A stretch of DNA of 64,000 nucleotides, from the NCBI GenBank assembly GCA_025059745.1, contig JANXDH010000004.1, positions 533,646-597,645 of the forward strand. The letters run 5' to 3'. The stretch's first letter is position 1. The number at the start of each line of letters is the position of its first letter. Both the position numbers and the translations under genes were made by a program. A model generated the notes under the pieces. It ran no database searches, was not told the origin of the DNA, and was given only the letters and a program-made list of their open reading frames with translations. The stretch is from Aigarchaeota archaeon. Lineage in GTDB: Archaea; Thermoproteota; Nitrososphaeria_A; Caldarchaeales; Calditenuaceae. Shown in pieces: positions 1-11,072 of this stretch.

Positions 1-378
1 CAAGAGTCTGGCGATCGCCTCCGCGGCAGACCCCTCAGGCAGCTCAACGTACGCCATGTTACCGCCGAGTTCAGATGCGAGGGGAACTACCGCCGAGACC
101 ACCACGGCACCGCTTTGAATCCTGTCTCTGACGGCCTTGATGACCTCATATATTCCGGTGAAGGGCACGGCGACGATTATCACCTCTGCATCTGTAACCG
201 ACTCCTCGTTAAGCCCTCCCTTTATCGGCCGATCGATCATCGAGTTCAACTCCTCGACGACACTCCTCGCGCGCTCCCCGGACCTCGACCCGATACTGAC
301 TTCGTGTCCAGCAACCGCCAGCCGTGCAGCTAATCCCTTACCCAGACCCGCAGTCCCGCCCAGAATCGCTATCCTCAA
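1..378 (-). CDS. npdG: NADPH-dependent F420 reductase (F420H2:NADP+ oxidoreductase), N-terminal part; runs off the left edge
   Basis: Not in the ORF track. Manual translation from TTG at 378 gives MRIAILGGTAGLGKGLAARLAVAGHEVSIGSRSGERA...VIIVAVPF...VVSAVVPL...EGSAAEAIARLL, with the Rossmann motif, IGSR and GSAAE motifs of NpdG/Fno. Confidence 0.85.
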   Translation of the reverse strand, partial: MRIAILGGTAGLGKGLAARLAVAGHEVSIGSRSGERARSVVEELNSMIDRPIKGGLNEESVTDAEVIIVAVPFTGIYEVIKAVRDRIQSGAVVVSAVVPLASELGGNMAYVELPEGSAAEAIARLL

Positions 379-503
379 TTGAACCCTCTCATAACGTCAA
401 AAGAGGACCGTAAAAAGGGTGATGACGGCTCTCTAAACTTTGTAAGATCCCGCAATAAAGGTCCTGAGGACGACGATCACTGGCCCTAGTCACACTCAAT
501 ATG

Positions 504-1172
504 TTAGCCACCCTCCGGCCTCTTTATGCCCAGTTGTTCTAGTATCCTGTTCACCTCATCATCTGTCAAACGCGATACGTCCACTGAACCCCTCATCCAC
601 GGGTGAGGTATACAGTGGTACCGGTAGAGACCTGGTGAGACGAAGGTGTACTTGTACTGCACCCCCTTCCCGAACAACCCTGAGTCGAACCTAAAATTAT
701 CATCGGTCACGGTGTGCGCTATATCGAGATCCTCGTTGTTGGTCCAAACGACGGTGTTGTTCACCTTTAGAACGACTCTGATATCTCTGGGAACGTAACT
801 GTCCGGTTGATTGGGGTTCCAAGACCCCGGGATTATGCTCACGTAGACTATTACGGGTGACTCGGCCGCGGGGGGCGGAGGGGGAGTGAGGAGGGTGAAG
901 GGGCCGTATCCCGTGATGGCGGAGTAGGTGAGGCCACCGAGGGAGACCGCCACGACAGCGCCGATTACCGCGACGTACTTGAACTCGAGGCTAGGGAGGC
1001 CACCTTTGAAGAGACCCCCAGAGAAGAGCATTGCACCGAATAGGACTACCAGTATCGACAGGGCCTGGAGCCCCTCCTCAAATGTCTTGGAGACTCCCGC
1101 ATAGGTCAGGAATACGCCCCCAGCCCCTATGAAGATGAGGAGAGCACCGAGCAGCGTCTGATTCTTGTCCAA
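504..1172 (-). CDS. Membrane-anchored plastocyanin/azurin-family (type-1 copper) cupredoxin
   Basis: Three N-terminal hydrophobic helices, a poly-Pro linker, then HTVT...YHCIPHPWMRG type-1 Cu ligands. Confidence 0.8.
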   Translation of the reverse strand: MDKNQTLLGALLIFIGAGGVFLTYAGVSKTFEEGLQALSILVVLFGAMLFSGGLFKGGLPSLEFKYVAVIGAVVAVSLGGLTYSAITGYGPFTLLTPPPPPAAESPVIVYVSIIPGSWNPNQPDSYVPRDIRVVLKVNNTVVWTNNEDLDIAHTVTDDNFRFDSGLFGKGVQYKYTFVSPGLYRYHCIPHPWMRGSVDVSRLTDDEVNRILEQLGIKRPEGG

Positions 1173-1273
1173 ATTGTTCGCACCAAAAACAAATTTCTCA
1201 TAACTTACTATTTAACCTTCACGATGGGTGAGCGGGCGAGAAATCACCTCTCCTATGAGTATCCCTCAGTCAT

Positions 1274-3442
1274 CTATGATATGTAGACCATGCTCTTCTT
1301 GAACTCCTTCATTATCTTCTCGTACTCCCTCCTCATCTCATCGGTTATGCTGGGTTTGACCTTCTCTAGGGCCGTCAAGAAGTGCCGCGCGGAGACCCTC
1401 GAGACGTCTATGTTCTCCCTCGCGGCCGTCAATGCAGCCTCCCTACAGACGGACTCTATGTCGGCGCCCGTGTAACCCTCCGTGAGGCGTGCCAAGTCCT
1501 CTAAACTCACATCGCTCTCCAGGGGCATCGCAGCCGTGTGTATCTTGAATATCTGTAACCTGGCCTCGTAGTCCGGCGGGGGCACGAATATGACCCTGTC
1601 AAACCTCCCGGGCCTCAGCAACGCTGGGTCGAGTATGTCCGGCCTGTTCGTCGCTCCCATGACGACCACTCCCCTGAGGGTCTGTATGCCGTCCATCTCG
1701 GTGAGGAGCTGGTTGACTATCCTGTCTGTGACGCCCGCGTCGCTGTGGGTACCTCTGCGTGGCGCGATCGAGTCCAGTTCATCGAAGAATATTATGCATG
1801 GCGCAGTCTCCCTGGCCTTCCTGAATATTTCGCGGACCGCCTTCTCAGACTCTCCCACCCACTTGCTGAGGACCTCGGGGCCCTTAACGCTGATGAAGTT
1901 AGCCTGACTCTCGGTGGCGACTGCCTTAGCGAGCAACGTCTTCCCAACGCCCGGCGGTCCGTACAACAGGATGCCTCGCGGCGGCCTTATTCCCAACCTC
2001 TTGAAGACGTGTGGGTATCTCATCGGCCACTCTACTGTCTCCTTCAACTGCTGCTTCACGTCCTCCAACCCGCCGATCATATCCCATTTGACGTTCGGTA
2101 TCTCTAAGATCACCTCCCTCAGTGCTGATGGCTGTACCGACTTGAGCGCCTCCGCGAAGTCCTCCCTCGTGACCTTCAGCTGCTCTAAAACGTCAGCCGG
2201 TATCACCTCTTTCTCGAGATCGATCTTAGGCAGGAACCTCCGTAGTGCGTTCATGGCGGCCTCCCTGCAGAGTGCGGCTATATCGGCGCCCGTGAAACCG
2301 TGGGTGATATCAGATAGCTCATCTAGGTTAACGTCTTTGTCAAGCGGCATCCTCCGTGTATGTATCTGCAGGATCTCCTTCCTGCCGTTCTTATCAGGCA
2401 CCCCCACCCTGATCTCCCTATCGAACCTCCCCGGTCTCCTAAGGGCGGGATCTATGGCCTCGATCCTGTTGGTTGCACCGATCACGACCACCTGGCCGCG
2501 GGACTTCAATCCATCCATCAGCGTTAGCAGCTGAGAGACCACGCGCCTCTCCACCTCACCCGTGACCTCGCCACGCTTCGGTGCGATCGCGTCAAGCTCA
2601 TCGATGAATATTATGCTAGGCGCCTTCTGTTCAGCCTCTTGGAAGACCTCCCTCAACCTAGCCTCGCTCTCACCGTAAAACTTACTCATTATCTCGGGGC
2701 CGTTTATAGTTATGAAGTATGCTCCGGTCTCGTTCGCGAGGGCCTTCGCGATGAGCGTCTTCCCGGTTCCGGGCGGCCCGTAGAGGATGACCCCCTTTGG
2801 AGGCTCAATCCCTAAATGCCTGAAGAGCTCTGGGTGCTTCATCGGTAGTTCGACCATCTCCCTAATCTTCTGAAGCTCCTCATGGAGGCCACCTATGTCC
2901 TCATAGGTGATGCCCATGACCTCTTCCGCGCGCTTCACCGGAGTCGAGCTGACCTCTATATTCGTGTTTTCAGTTATGATCACCATGTTCGCCGGAGAGG
3001 TCGAGATGACCTTCAGTTCAACACCCATCCCCAGTATCGGTATGATTACCACGTCACCTTTCGCCAAAGGGACGTTCAAGAGTTGACTCTTCACTATCCT
3101 GCTGAAATCGCCCACGAACGGAAGTTGCTCGAATGGCGCCATCACTACCTTGGTTGCGTTCTTTATGACGGCCTTCGTGATGGTGATGTAGTCGCCTACG
3201 TTTGCACCCGCGTTCCTCCTGATCTCGCTATCGATGCGAATCATGCCGAGTCCATCGTCCTCCTTGTATGGAGGCCACGCTATGGCCACCGTGCTCCGTT
3301 TGCCCACTATCTCTATCGCGTCTCCCGCAGTGAGCCCGAGCTCCTTATATGCGACACTATCGACCCGTGCGACCCTTCTCCCAACATCACGCTGTTTGGC
3401 CTCTGCTACGCGTAACTGAAACGTCTTTTTATCGTCCAACAT
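1274..3442 (-). CDS. cdc48: CDC48/VCP-family AAA+ ATPase
   Basis: N-domain plus two AAA modules ([16 protein letters not shown]; IFIDELD, FFDELD; RPGRFDR twice). Confidence 0.97.
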   Translation of the reverse strand: MLDDKKTFQLRVAEAKQRDVGRRVARVDSVAYKELGLTAGDAIEIVGKRSTVAIAWPPYKEDDGLGMIRIDSEIRRNAGANVGDYITITKAVIKNATKVVMAPFEQLPFVGDFSRIVKSQLLNVPLAKGDVVIIPILGMGVELKVISTSPANMVIITENTNIEVSSTPVKRAEEVMGITYEDIGGLHEELQKIREMVELPMKHPELFRHLGIEPPKGVILYGPPGTGKTLIAKALANETGAYFITINGPEIMSKFYGESEARLREVFQEAEQKAPSIIFIDELDAIAPKRGEVTGEVERRVVSQLLTLMDGLKSRGQVVVIGATNRIEAIDPALRRPGRFDREIRVGVPDKNGRKEILQIHTRRMPLDKDVNLDELSDITHGFTGADIAALCREAAMNALRRFLPKIDLEKEVIPADVLEQLKVTREDFAEALKSVQPSALREVILEIPNVKWDMIGGLEDVKQQLKETVEWPMRYPHVFKRLGIRPPRGILLYGPPGVGKTLLAKAVATESQANFISVKGPEVLSKWVGESEKAVREIFRKARETAPCIIFFDELDSIAPRRGTHSDAGVTDRIVNQLLTEMDGIQTLRGVVVMGATNRPDILDPALLRPGRFDRVIFVPPPDYEARLQIFKIHTAAMPLESDVSLEDLARLTEGYTGADIESVCREAALTAARENIDVSRVSARHFLTALEKVKPSITDEMRREYEKIMKEFKKSMVYIS

Positions 3443-3539
3443 TCCGTCCTGTACCCTATATCGACTCGGTTACTTAAAAATATAAATTTGATATGCGTTA
3501 AATCATAAAACCTATTTCAAGCGCCTGAGAGATAAATTC

Positions 3540-4490
3540 TTGTTCAAGGGAATGGTGCTGATATCCATAATCGGTAGTGGAAGGGTCGGAACCTCTGCAG
3601 CAGTACAGATGATCCTGAGGGAGCTGGGAGACTTGATGCTGATAGACGTGGTGAAGGGTTTACCGCAGGGCGAGGCCCTGGACCTCTCTCACATGGCCGC
3701 CATGAGAGGGATAGACGTTGAGGTGAGCGGGTCGAACGATTACAGGGACATCACTGGATCTGATGTGGTCGTGGTGACGGCGGGATTGGTGAGGAAACCA
3801 GATATGACCCGGCTCGATCTCTTGCAGAAGAACGCCAAGATCGTTGGGGAGGTCGCAATTAAGATCAGGGAGTACGCCCCTCGTTCCATCATCGTCCAAG
3901 TCACGAACCCCCTAGACGTCATGACCTATGTCGCACTGAAGACCTCTCAGTTTAGGCGTGAACGCGTTCTTGGATTCAGCGGTCTCCTAGACATAGGCAG
4001 ATACAGGTACTACCTCGCCAAAGCCTTGAACGTCTCTTACACCTCGATAGTGGCACCAATACTCGGTGAGCACGGTGACAGCATGGTACTCTTACCAGAG
4101 CATACCTGGGTTGGTGGTAGGCGGCTAACCGAGTTACTCGACAAGGCGAAACTGGCGGAGGTGATCGATATGACGAGAAGGGCCGGTGCCGAGGTCATAT
4201 CGCTGAAGGGATGGTCTGCGCATCACGCCCCGGGCGAGGGGATAGCCGAGATGGTGGACGCGATAGTGAAGGACAGGAAGATGGTGATCCCCTCCTCGAT
4301 ACTACTGGACGGCGAGTACGATGTGCGGGGAGTCTGTACTGTTGTCCCCGTCGTTTTAGGGAGGGAGGGCGCGGAGAGGGTCGTGGAGTTGGACCTGCCA
4401 GATGAGGCGAGAGCCTCTTTCCTGAGGAGCGTGGACGTCATCAGGAGAGCTCAGGCGGAGGTCGACAGTTTACTCCGGTCAGGCTTTTGA
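3540..4490 (+). CDS. mdh: Malate dehydrogenase (LDH-like)
   Basis: GSGRVG, TAGLVRKPDMTRLDLL (Arg specificity residue), VTNPLD, GEHGDSM. The start may be a few codons downstream. Confidence 0.92.
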   Translation: MFKGMVLISIIGSGRVGTSAAVQMILRELGDLMLIDVVKGLPQGEALDLSHMAAMRGIDVEVSGSNDYRDITGSDVVVVTAGLVRKPDMTRLDLLQKNAKIVGEVAIKIREYAPRSIIVQVTNPLDVMTYVALKTSQFRRERVLGFSGLLDIGRYRYYLAKALNVSYTSIVAPILGEHGDSMVLLPEHTWVGGRRLTELLDKAKLAEVIDMTRRAGAEVISLKGWSAHHAPGEGIAEMVDAIVKDRKMVIPSSILLDGEYDVRGVCTVVPVVLGREGAERVVELDLPDEARASFLRSVDVIRRAQAEVDSLLRSGF

Positions 4491-4548
4491 CCTCAGTCGT
4501 TCCTCAAGTCTCCATACGTGAAGTACATCAGGAGTACAGTATAAATAA

Positions 4549-5697
4549 TTGAAAGAGGTTGAAAGTGTGATGCTGCTGCTTCCTGGGCCCACCGATATAC
4601 CGGATGAGTCTTACCGGTCTATGACGAGGAGATTGATAAATCATAGGAGTAAGGAGTTCAGGGATTTTCATGAAGGTCTGTTGAAGAAGGTGAGAGAGGT
4701 ACTCGGCACTAGGTCGGATGTCTTCGTCCTCACCTGTTCGGGTACGGGAGGCGTGGAGGCCGCAGTGGCTAACGTCATTGACAGGGACGACAGGGTACTC
4801 GTGTTCAGGAACGGTCAGTTCGCTGAGCGCGTCGGCATCGCTGCAGAGTACTACTCTGACAACGTGATCTACCGCGATATGCCTTGGGGTACTGCGCCGA
4901 CATCAAGCTTTGTTAAGGAGGCACTAGACGAGGTGGGAGACGTAGACGTAGCGGTATTAGTGCACAACGAGACGTCCACTGGCGCTTTGACAACCGAACT
5001 AGGACGGATCGCGAGAGTATGTAAGGAGTCTGGCGCCTTCCTCATACTCGACGCTATAACCTCCATCGGCGGCGTCGACTTCAGGTTCGACAATCTAGAC
5101 GTCAGCGTGGTAGTGACCGCGACCCAGAAGTGTTTGGCGGGGCCCCCTGGTCTATCAGTGATCGGGGTCAAGGACTACGTATGGGAGAAGATATTGAGGA
5201 AGAAAAAGAGACCGTACTACTTCGACCTAATAACACACCGGGATTTCATGACGAAGTTGGAGACGCCATTCACCCCAGCGATCCCCCTCTTTTACTCTCT
5301 CGATGCCTCATTATCACAAGTCCTGAACCTCGGTATAGATCGTTGGGTTGACCGTCACAGGAAGGGCGCCAATGCCTTCTACGAGTCCGTATACAGGATG
5401 GGCTTGGAGGTTCTTCCTCCTCCGGAGTTCAGGTCACCAACCTTGATCGCCGTAAAGATGCCCGACGGCATAGTGGACCACGACGTTGCAGATTACATGG
5501 CGAAGAAGTTCGATGTCCACGTGGGTGTGGGTGTCTCTCGTACCAAAGGGAAGCTGATAAGGATCGGCAACATGGGACTCGTAACACCTGATAGGGTAAG
5601 GGAGGCCATTATCGCTCTATCTGAGTCTCTGAGACACCTAGGGTACAACTCCCCGAGGTTTGACGTCGACGAGTTGACGGGGCGGAACTTCAAGTAG
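4549..5697 (+). CDS. Class V PLP aminotransferase (serine-pyruvate/alanine-glyoxylate type)
   Basis: LLPGPT, HRS, SGTGGVE, HNETSTG, DAITS, TQKCL (PLP lysine), RIGNMG. Confidence 0.9.
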   Translation: MKEVESVMLLLPGPTDIPDESYRSMTRRLINHRSKEFRDFHEGLLKKVREVLGTRSDVFVLTCSGTGGVEAAVANVIDRDDRVLVFRNGQFAERVGIAAEYYSDNVIYRDMPWGTAPTSSFVKEALDEVGDVDVAVLVHNETSTGALTTELGRIARVCKESGAFLILDAITSIGGVDFRFDNLDVSVVVTATQKCLAGPPGLSVIGVKDYVWEKILRKKKRPYYFDLITHRDFMTKLETPFTPAIPLFYSLDASLSQVLNLGIDRWVDRHRKGANAFYESVYRMGLEVLPPPEFRSPTLIAVKMPDGIVDHDVADYMAKKFDVHVGVGVSRTKGKLIRIGNMGLVTPDRVREAIIALSESLRHLGYNSPRFDVDELTGRNFK

Positions 5698-6595
5698 TTA
5701 GACCGAGCGCCTCTCTTGTCATTCTTACCAGCTCGGAGGGCCTCTGAGCGACTCTCACACCCGACCCTGACAGCCTCTTAATCTTGGACGCCGCGTCCCC
5801 CACACCCATCGAGATGATAGCGCCCGCGTGCCCCATCCTCTTACCCGGGGGTGCCGAGGTGCCCGCGATGAAGGCCAGAACCGGCTTATTGTAGTTAGTC
5901 CTCCTTATGTAATCAGCGGCCCTCTCCTCGGCATCTCCCCCGATCTCCCCTATCAGGATGACGCATGAGGTCTCATCATCGCCCCTGAACATGTCCAACA
6001 GCTGTACAAATTGAGTCCCCACCACGGGGTCTCCACCGATACCGACTGCGGTGCTCTGCCCTATCTTGGCGTTGGTCAGATTGAGCGCGACCTCGTATGT
6101 CAATGTGCCGCTTCGAGAGATTATGCCAACCGGCCCTTCACTGAACACGTTGGCCGGCATGATGCCGACCTTCGACTTGTTGGGTGATATCAGCCCTGGA
6201 CAATTGGGCCCAATTATGTTCACACCCTTGTAGCGGGCGTACTTCACGAACGCCATGGTCTCATGTATCGGAATGCCCTCGGTGATCACCACGACGGTCT
6301 TTATGCCGCTATCGATCGCCTCATAGACCGCATCAGGAGCGGACTTAGCGGGCACGAATATCGCGGAGGTATTGATCTCAGGGTGCCTCTCCACCGCTTC
6401 TCGTACGGAGTCATAGACCGGTACCCCATCAACCCTCTCGCCTCCCTTATTAGGTGTGACGCCCGCTAACACCTTGGTACCGTACCTCAACATCGCAGAG
6501 GTGTGAAACCTGCCCTCCTTTCCAGTTACACCCTGGACGACGACTCTCGTCTCTCTGTTAACTAATATAGCCAAACCCGACTTGGGTGATCTCAA
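5690..6595 (-). CDS. sucD: Succinyl-CoA synthetase alpha subunit
   Basis: VQGVTGKEG, GPNCPG, SRSGTLTYE, GIGGD, MGHAGA (phospho-His). Confidence 0.96.
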   Translation of the reverse strand: MRSPKSGLAILVNRETRVVVQGVTGKEGRFHTSAMLRYGTKVLAGVTPNKGGERVDGVPVYDSVREAVERHPEINTSAIFVPAKSAPDAVYEAIDSGIKTVVVITEGIPIHETMAFVKYARYKGVNIIGPNCPGLISPNKSKVGIMPANVFSEGPVGIISRSGTLTYEVALNLTNAKIGQSTAVGIGGDPVVGTQFVQLLDMFRGDDETSCVILIGEIGGDAEERAADYIRRTNYNKPVLAFIAGTSAPPGKRMGHAGAIISMGVGDAASKIKRLSGSGVRVAQRPSELVRMTREALGLTT

Positions 6596-6690
6596 CTCAC
6601 ATATTAACCATATCTAACACCTCTAGGCGCCATCCGATAGAGGCGGTCGTTCATTCAGGAAAATTTTAATAATGGTCATTTACTGTTATA

Positions 6691-7017
6691 TTGGGTACTG
6701 TAGAAGTAATGGATGGTAGTTGCCCTGTCTGTGGGCTCCCGAAGAACATCTGCGTCTGCGCTACTATATCGTACGAGGCACAGCGGATAAAGGTGAAGCT
6801 GGAGACGAAGAAATGGAACCGTCCCACGACAGTCATAGAGGGACTGACGTCCTCACCGATAGACCTCTACCAGCTTGCTACCGACCTGAAGACGAAATGT
6901 GCGTGCGGTGGCGCGGTGAAGAACGGCCTCATCATCCTTCAGGGTGATCAACGCGAGAAGGTCGTGAAGACGCTCATAGAGATGGGACTGTCGAGGGAGA
7001 ACATCGAGGTAATCTGA
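6691..7017 (+). CDS. Translation initiation factor SUI1/aIF1
   Basis: CPVCGLPKNICVC N-terminus; LKTKCACGG...ILQGDQR SUI1 motif. Confidence 0.92.
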   Translation: MGTVEVMDGSCPVCGLPKNICVCATISYEAQRIKVKLETKKWNRPTTVIEGLTSSPIDLYQLATDLKTKCACGGAVKNGLIILQGDQREKVVKTLIEMGLSRENIEVI

Positions 7018-7030
7018 TCCCAGACACACA

Positions 7031-7435
7031 TCAACCGGATTTTTCTTTCCCGTCCTCCGTACCCTTTTGTGTCGTCTCAAGGGCAGAGACTAGGTCCTTT
7101 AATTTCGCGTTTATGGCGTCCCTTATGTCCTGTCTCGTCAATCCCTCCGTGCCTATGTTGAGCTCTCTCGCGACCTTCAGCAACCTCATGTCTTCTGATA
7201 GTTCGGTGACGCCCTGTACGCGCGCGCCCTCCTTGGCGAGTGGGGTATAACTCGTCGAGGTTGAAGGGGATATGTTGAACGATATCATCTTGTTGAATTC
7301 TGACTGGGCCTTGGCGAACTCAGACCTCACTCGTATGATCGCCTTGAAGAGCTCAGCTATGTTCTCAGGCTTCCATAATAACATCAGTAGTGATACTATC
7401 GCGATTATCGCCCACTCGACTCCTTCGACAGGCAA
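7031..7435 (-). CDS. tatA: Twin-arginine translocase TatA/E-family subunit
   Basis: GxEW-TM helix-KP hinge followed by an amphipathic helix (..EFAKAQ); C-terminal LLKVARELNIGTEG tail. Confidence 0.65.
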   Translation of the reverse strand: MPVEGVEWAIIAIVSLLMLLWKPENIAELFKAIIRVRSEFAKAQSEFNKMISFNISPSTSTSYTPLAKEGARVQGVTELSEDMRLLKVARELNIGTEGLTRQDIRDAINAKLKDLVSALETTQKGTEDGKEKSG

Positions 7436-7445
7436 CCCTACCCCT

Positions 7446-8384
7446 CTATACCGTGCTCTGCGGTTGCTCTCCCTCGAGTATCTCCTTCAGGCCCTTGAAC
7501 CTGTTCCTGACTGTGACCTCCGTGACCCCTGCGGCGCGCGCGACGTCCTTCTGAGTGATGTTCTGGGTAGTCTCCTGACATGCCATATAGAGAGCGGCCG
7601 CGGCTATTCCTACGGGGTCCTTTCCTATGGTCGCACCCCTCCTAGTGGCCTCCTGGAGTAACCTGACGGCCTCCTGAACTGTCCTCTGATCGAGGTTCGC
7701 GCGCGAGGCTATCTTGCTCACGTAGATCGCCGGGTCGGCTATCGGCACCCTTATGTTCAGGTACTTCAGTAGCAACCTGTATCCCTGTGCTATCGTCTTC
7801 CTCTTCACGAGCGGATAGGCCCTCTCGAACTCCCTGAGGTCTCGGGGCATTCCGGACAACCTGCAAGCCGCGTACGCAGAGGCTGCCATGATACTCTTTA
7901 TAGACCTGCCCCGGACCAGCCCTGCCTTGAGAGCCTTCCTGTATATCGTCATGGCCATCTCCGCCACAGACTGAGGGAAGTGGAGCTTGTCGACGTAGAT
8001 CTCTAGTACGTTGGCGGCCTGCTGAAGGTTTCTGGTCTCGGAGGAGTTGACCTGCGAGGTCTGATCTAGCTTCTTGAGCCTGAGCATCTTCTCCCGCGCC
8101 TCCTTGGTCAGCTTCCTCCCCGTCGCGTCCTCATCGACCCTCTCTATCACCGTTGAGAGGCCGTGGTCCCTGTACATTATCGAGAGGGGTGCACCGACCC
8201 TGCTCCTGTCACCCTCCTCATCCTCCAGCTTCCTCCATTCAGGTCCCCTATCAACGTCCCTCTCCATCACCACATAACCGCACTCGGGACAGCTCACCTC
8301 ACCGGTCTTGGGGTCCGTGACTAGATTTTGGTTTCCACACTCTGGACATATACCCTCTGCTCTCCAGCTCTTCAAACCTCCCAC
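7446..8384 (-). CDS. tfb: Transcription initiation factor IIB
   Basis: Zn ribbon CPECG..CPECG, GPEWR B-reader, two cyclin repeats, VTEVTVRNR. Confidence 0.97.
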   Translation of the reverse strand: MGGLKSWRAEGICPECGNQNLVTDPKTGEVSCPECGYVVMERDVDRGPEWRKLEDEEGDRSRVGAPLSIMYRDHGLSTVIERVDEDATGRKLTKEAREKMLRLKKLDQTSQVNSSETRNLQQAANVLEIYVDKLHFPQSVAEMAMTIYRKALKAGLVRGRSIKSIMAASAYAACRLSGMPRDLREFERAYPLVKRKTIAQGYRLLLKYLNIRVPIADPAIYVSKIASRANLDQRTVQEAVRLLQEATRRGATIGKDPVGIAAAALYMACQETTQNITQKDVARAAGVTEVTVRNRFKGLKEILEGEQPQSTV

Positions 8385-8511
8385 GATCCCACCTCAAAAT
8401 TTATATCCAAGCCAGTAAATCTTATGTATCGTAATATATAAACCCTTTCTCAATCAGATGAGAGCACCAATTCTTTAGGTTTTATATCACTAAGGGGGAT
8501 GTGTCACGTAT

Positions 8512-9987
8512 ATGGTCCTGAGCGGAGAGGAGGCCCCGAGGATCCACATCTATAACTCGATGACGAGGAGAGAGGAACCTTTCGTGCCGATACGCGGGAA
8601 CCGGGTCAAGATGTTCGTCTGCGGCCCGACGGTGTACGACGACATGCACCTCGGCCACGCCCGGACCTATCTAGCTTACGACATCATCGCGAGGTTCCTC
8701 AGGCGCGCTGGGTATTCCCTATTTTACTTGATGAATATAACCGATGTAGACGACAAGATAATTCAACGTGCAAGCGAACTGAGGCGCGATCCGTTATCGG
8801 TGGCGCGGGAGTATGAGCGACGGTTCAGCGAGGACCTCGAGAGTTTAGGGATAACCTCGGTGAACCTCTTCGCGAGGGCCACTGAACACGTGGAAGAGAT
8901 GATAGAGCAGATATCTGTGCTCATCAAGAAGGGTTTCGCGTACGAAACTGAGACCGGGGTTTATTACGACGTGACCAAGTTCCCCCACTACGGCGAGCTG
9001 TCACATCAGGACCCATCCGAGTTGATCAAGCATAGAGTAGATCCCGATCCGACCAAGAGACACGTCCACGACTTCGCTCTCTGGAAGAAGAGGCCGAGGG
9101 AGGAGTTTGGATGGAACTCGCCTTGGGGTTATGGCAGACCTGGGTGGCACATAGAGGACACCGCTATCACGGTGACCTATTTCGGACCGACCTATGACAT
9201 TCACGGAGGCGCCATAGAGTTGATCTTCCCTCATCACGAGGCCGAGATAGCTCAGGCAGAGGCCTTCACTGGTGAGAGGCCGTTGGTCAAGTACTGGACC
9301 CACACGGGGCTGTTGACTGTAGACGGCGAGAAGATGTCCAAGTCCCTCGGAAACTTCATCACCGTGAGGGAGATCCTCTCTAGGTACGAACCTGGTGTCA
9401 TCAGGTTCTATCTCGCGTCCTCCCACTATAGGAGTCCCATAGACTTTAAAGAGGAAAACGTCGCCCAGGCCGAGCAGGCCCTCGAGTCGTTGCGCAACGC
9501 GATCGATAACCTCGAAACGATCGATGTCACGGAGAGTGTCGAGGATTCGGACCTCAAGTTCTTAGAGAAGGCGAGGGCCCATCGTGAGGAGTTTATGAGG
9601 TCGATGTGCTCTGACTTCAACACTCCCTCGGCCATCGCAGCGCTATTCGCCTTCGCATCGGAGATAAACAGGTTTCTGGAGAGAGAGGGGAGGCTGAACG
9701 CCAACGTAAAGAACGACGCGTTGGCAATCCTCCACGAGATGACCTCGATACTCGGCATCAAAAAGTACCGCCGGGTGACCGAACTCGAATTGACCGAACT
9801 CTATGACTTGATCAGGTTGCTAATAGACGTTAGGGACGCGTTGAGGAGGGAGAGAAAGTACGAGCTCGCCGACGAGATAAGGGGAAGGCTGGAGCAAATG
9901 GGAATCGAGCTAGAAGATACGGCAGGTGGTACCAGATGGCGAATCGCCGGAAGACCGAGTTCTAAAGACGACGATCGTAATTTATAA
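8512..9987 (+). CDS. cysS: Cysteinyl-tRNA synthetase
   Basis: CGPTVY, HLGH (HIGH), GRPGWHIE, FPHHE, KMSKS. Confidence 0.97.
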   Translation: MVLSGEEAPRIHIYNSMTRREEPFVPIRGNRVKMFVCGPTVYDDMHLGHARTYLAYDIIARFLRRAGYSLFYLMNITDVDDKIIQRASELRRDPLSVAREYERRFSEDLESLGITSVNLFARATEHVEEMIEQISVLIKKGFAYETETGVYYDVTKFPHYGELSHQDPSELIKHRVDPDPTKRHVHDFALWKKRPREEFGWNSPWGYGRPGWHIEDTAITVTYFGPTYDIHGGAIELIFPHHEAEIAQAEAFTGERPLVKYWTHTGLLTVDGEKMSKSLGNFITVREILSRYEPGVIRFYLASSHYRSPIDFKEENVAQAEQALESLRNAIDNLETIDVTESVEDSDLKFLEKARAHREEFMRSMCSDFNTPSAIAALFAFASEINRFLEREGRLNANVKNDALAILHEMTSILGIKKYRRVTELELTELYDLIRLLIDVRDALRRERKYELADEIRGRLEQMGIELEDTAGGTRWRIAGRPSSKDDDRNL

Positions 9988-10013
9988 ATCGAGGAGAAGA
10001 GTGATCAAAGGAG

Positions 10014-10700
10014 ATGAAGGCCGTCATTCTCGCGGGCGGATACGGTAAGCGTCTGAGGCCTCTAACAGACTCCATGCCCAAATCCATGGTCCAGATAGCG
10101 GGGAGACCGATAGTCGAGTGGCAGTTGTTGTGGCTCATAAAGCACGGAATAGACGAGTTCATCCTGTGCGTCGGATACTTGAAGGACAAGATCATAAACT
10201 ACATAGGTAGCGGTCAGAGATACAACGTAAAGGTGGGCTATGTGGTCGAGGACGAACCTTTGGGTACCGCGGGTGCACTGAGGAACGCTGCTCACGTCCT
10301 GGCGAGGGGCGAAAACTTCTTCGTGATCAATGGCGACATCATAACAGACCTATCACCTGTCAGCATGTTGGGGAAGATAGGCGACGCAATCGGCTCCATA
10401 GCGATAGTCCCACTCCCCTCACCTTACGGTATCATAAGGTTCGACAGCGATATGAGGGTCAAGGAATTCGCTGAAAAGCCCACGTTACATGACTATTGGA
10501 TAAACGCCGGCGTGTACCTGTTCAAGCCCGAGGTTATAGATTACTTGCCCGAGAAGGGTGATCTGGAGCGAGAGACGTTACCGGTCCTCGCCCGTCAGGA
10601 GAGGTTGATCGCTTCTCCTTATAGAGAGGTCATGTGGAAGAGCCTAGACAGTCACAAGGACCTCGAGGAGGCAGAGTCCATCCTCTTGAAAGCGAGGTGA
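10014..10700 (+). CDS. Sugar-phosphate nucleotidyltransferase (NTP_transferase family)
   Basis: KAVILAGGYGKRLRPLT..PK, EPLGTAGA, NGDI, EKP, INAGVY. Confidence 0.9.
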   Translation: MKAVILAGGYGKRLRPLTDSMPKSMVQIAGRPIVEWQLLWLIKHGIDEFILCVGYLKDKIINYIGSGQRYNVKVGYVVEDEPLGTAGALRNAAHVLARGENFFVINGDIITDLSPVSMLGKIGDAIGSIAIVPLPSPYGIIRFDSDMRVKEFAEKPTLHDYWINAGVYLFKPEVIDYLPEKGDLERETLPVLARQERLIASPYREVMWKSLDSHKDLEEAESILLKAR

Positions 10701-10745
10701 AAGAAGAGTTTTTTATCCACGTCTCCGCAACCGTGGTGGACGACT

Positions 10746-11072
10746 TTGCAACGGCCCGAATCATTCATAAGGATCGAGGTAGACAGTCTCGAAGATCTGG
10801 CCATGCTAGCGTCAATGCTACCCATCCCTCACCTGAACTACGACGTCAGTGGCCGCGTCCTTTACCTATTACTTGTTGGGCCGAGTTGGTGGGGCCTGAT
10901 CTACTACTACAGACTCGATGCCGACCTAAACGCCAAATTCCTCCAAGTCGATAAGTTCACGGGCAAGGTCACGACGGGAGATAAGTCATCTATTGACCCA
11001 TCGATTACATCAATCGCAATCATCAGGGTGAGGTCTCAAGAGTTCGATGTGACTAAAGGCTTCTCGCCATAA
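10746..11072 (+). CDS. Conserved-looking hypothetical archaeal protein
   Basis: Fills the gap with typical codon usage; no function recognised. Confidence 0.6.
   Translation: MQRPESFIRIEVDSLEDLAMLASMLPIPHLNYDVSGRVLYLLLVGPSWWGLIYYYRLDADLNAKFLQVDKFTGKVTTGDKSSIDPSITSIAIIRVRSQEFDVTKGFSP

Noticed and set aside
5690-6595. sucD without an adjacent sucC
   Set aside because: sucC may lie elsewhere in the genome; this cannot be judged from one window.
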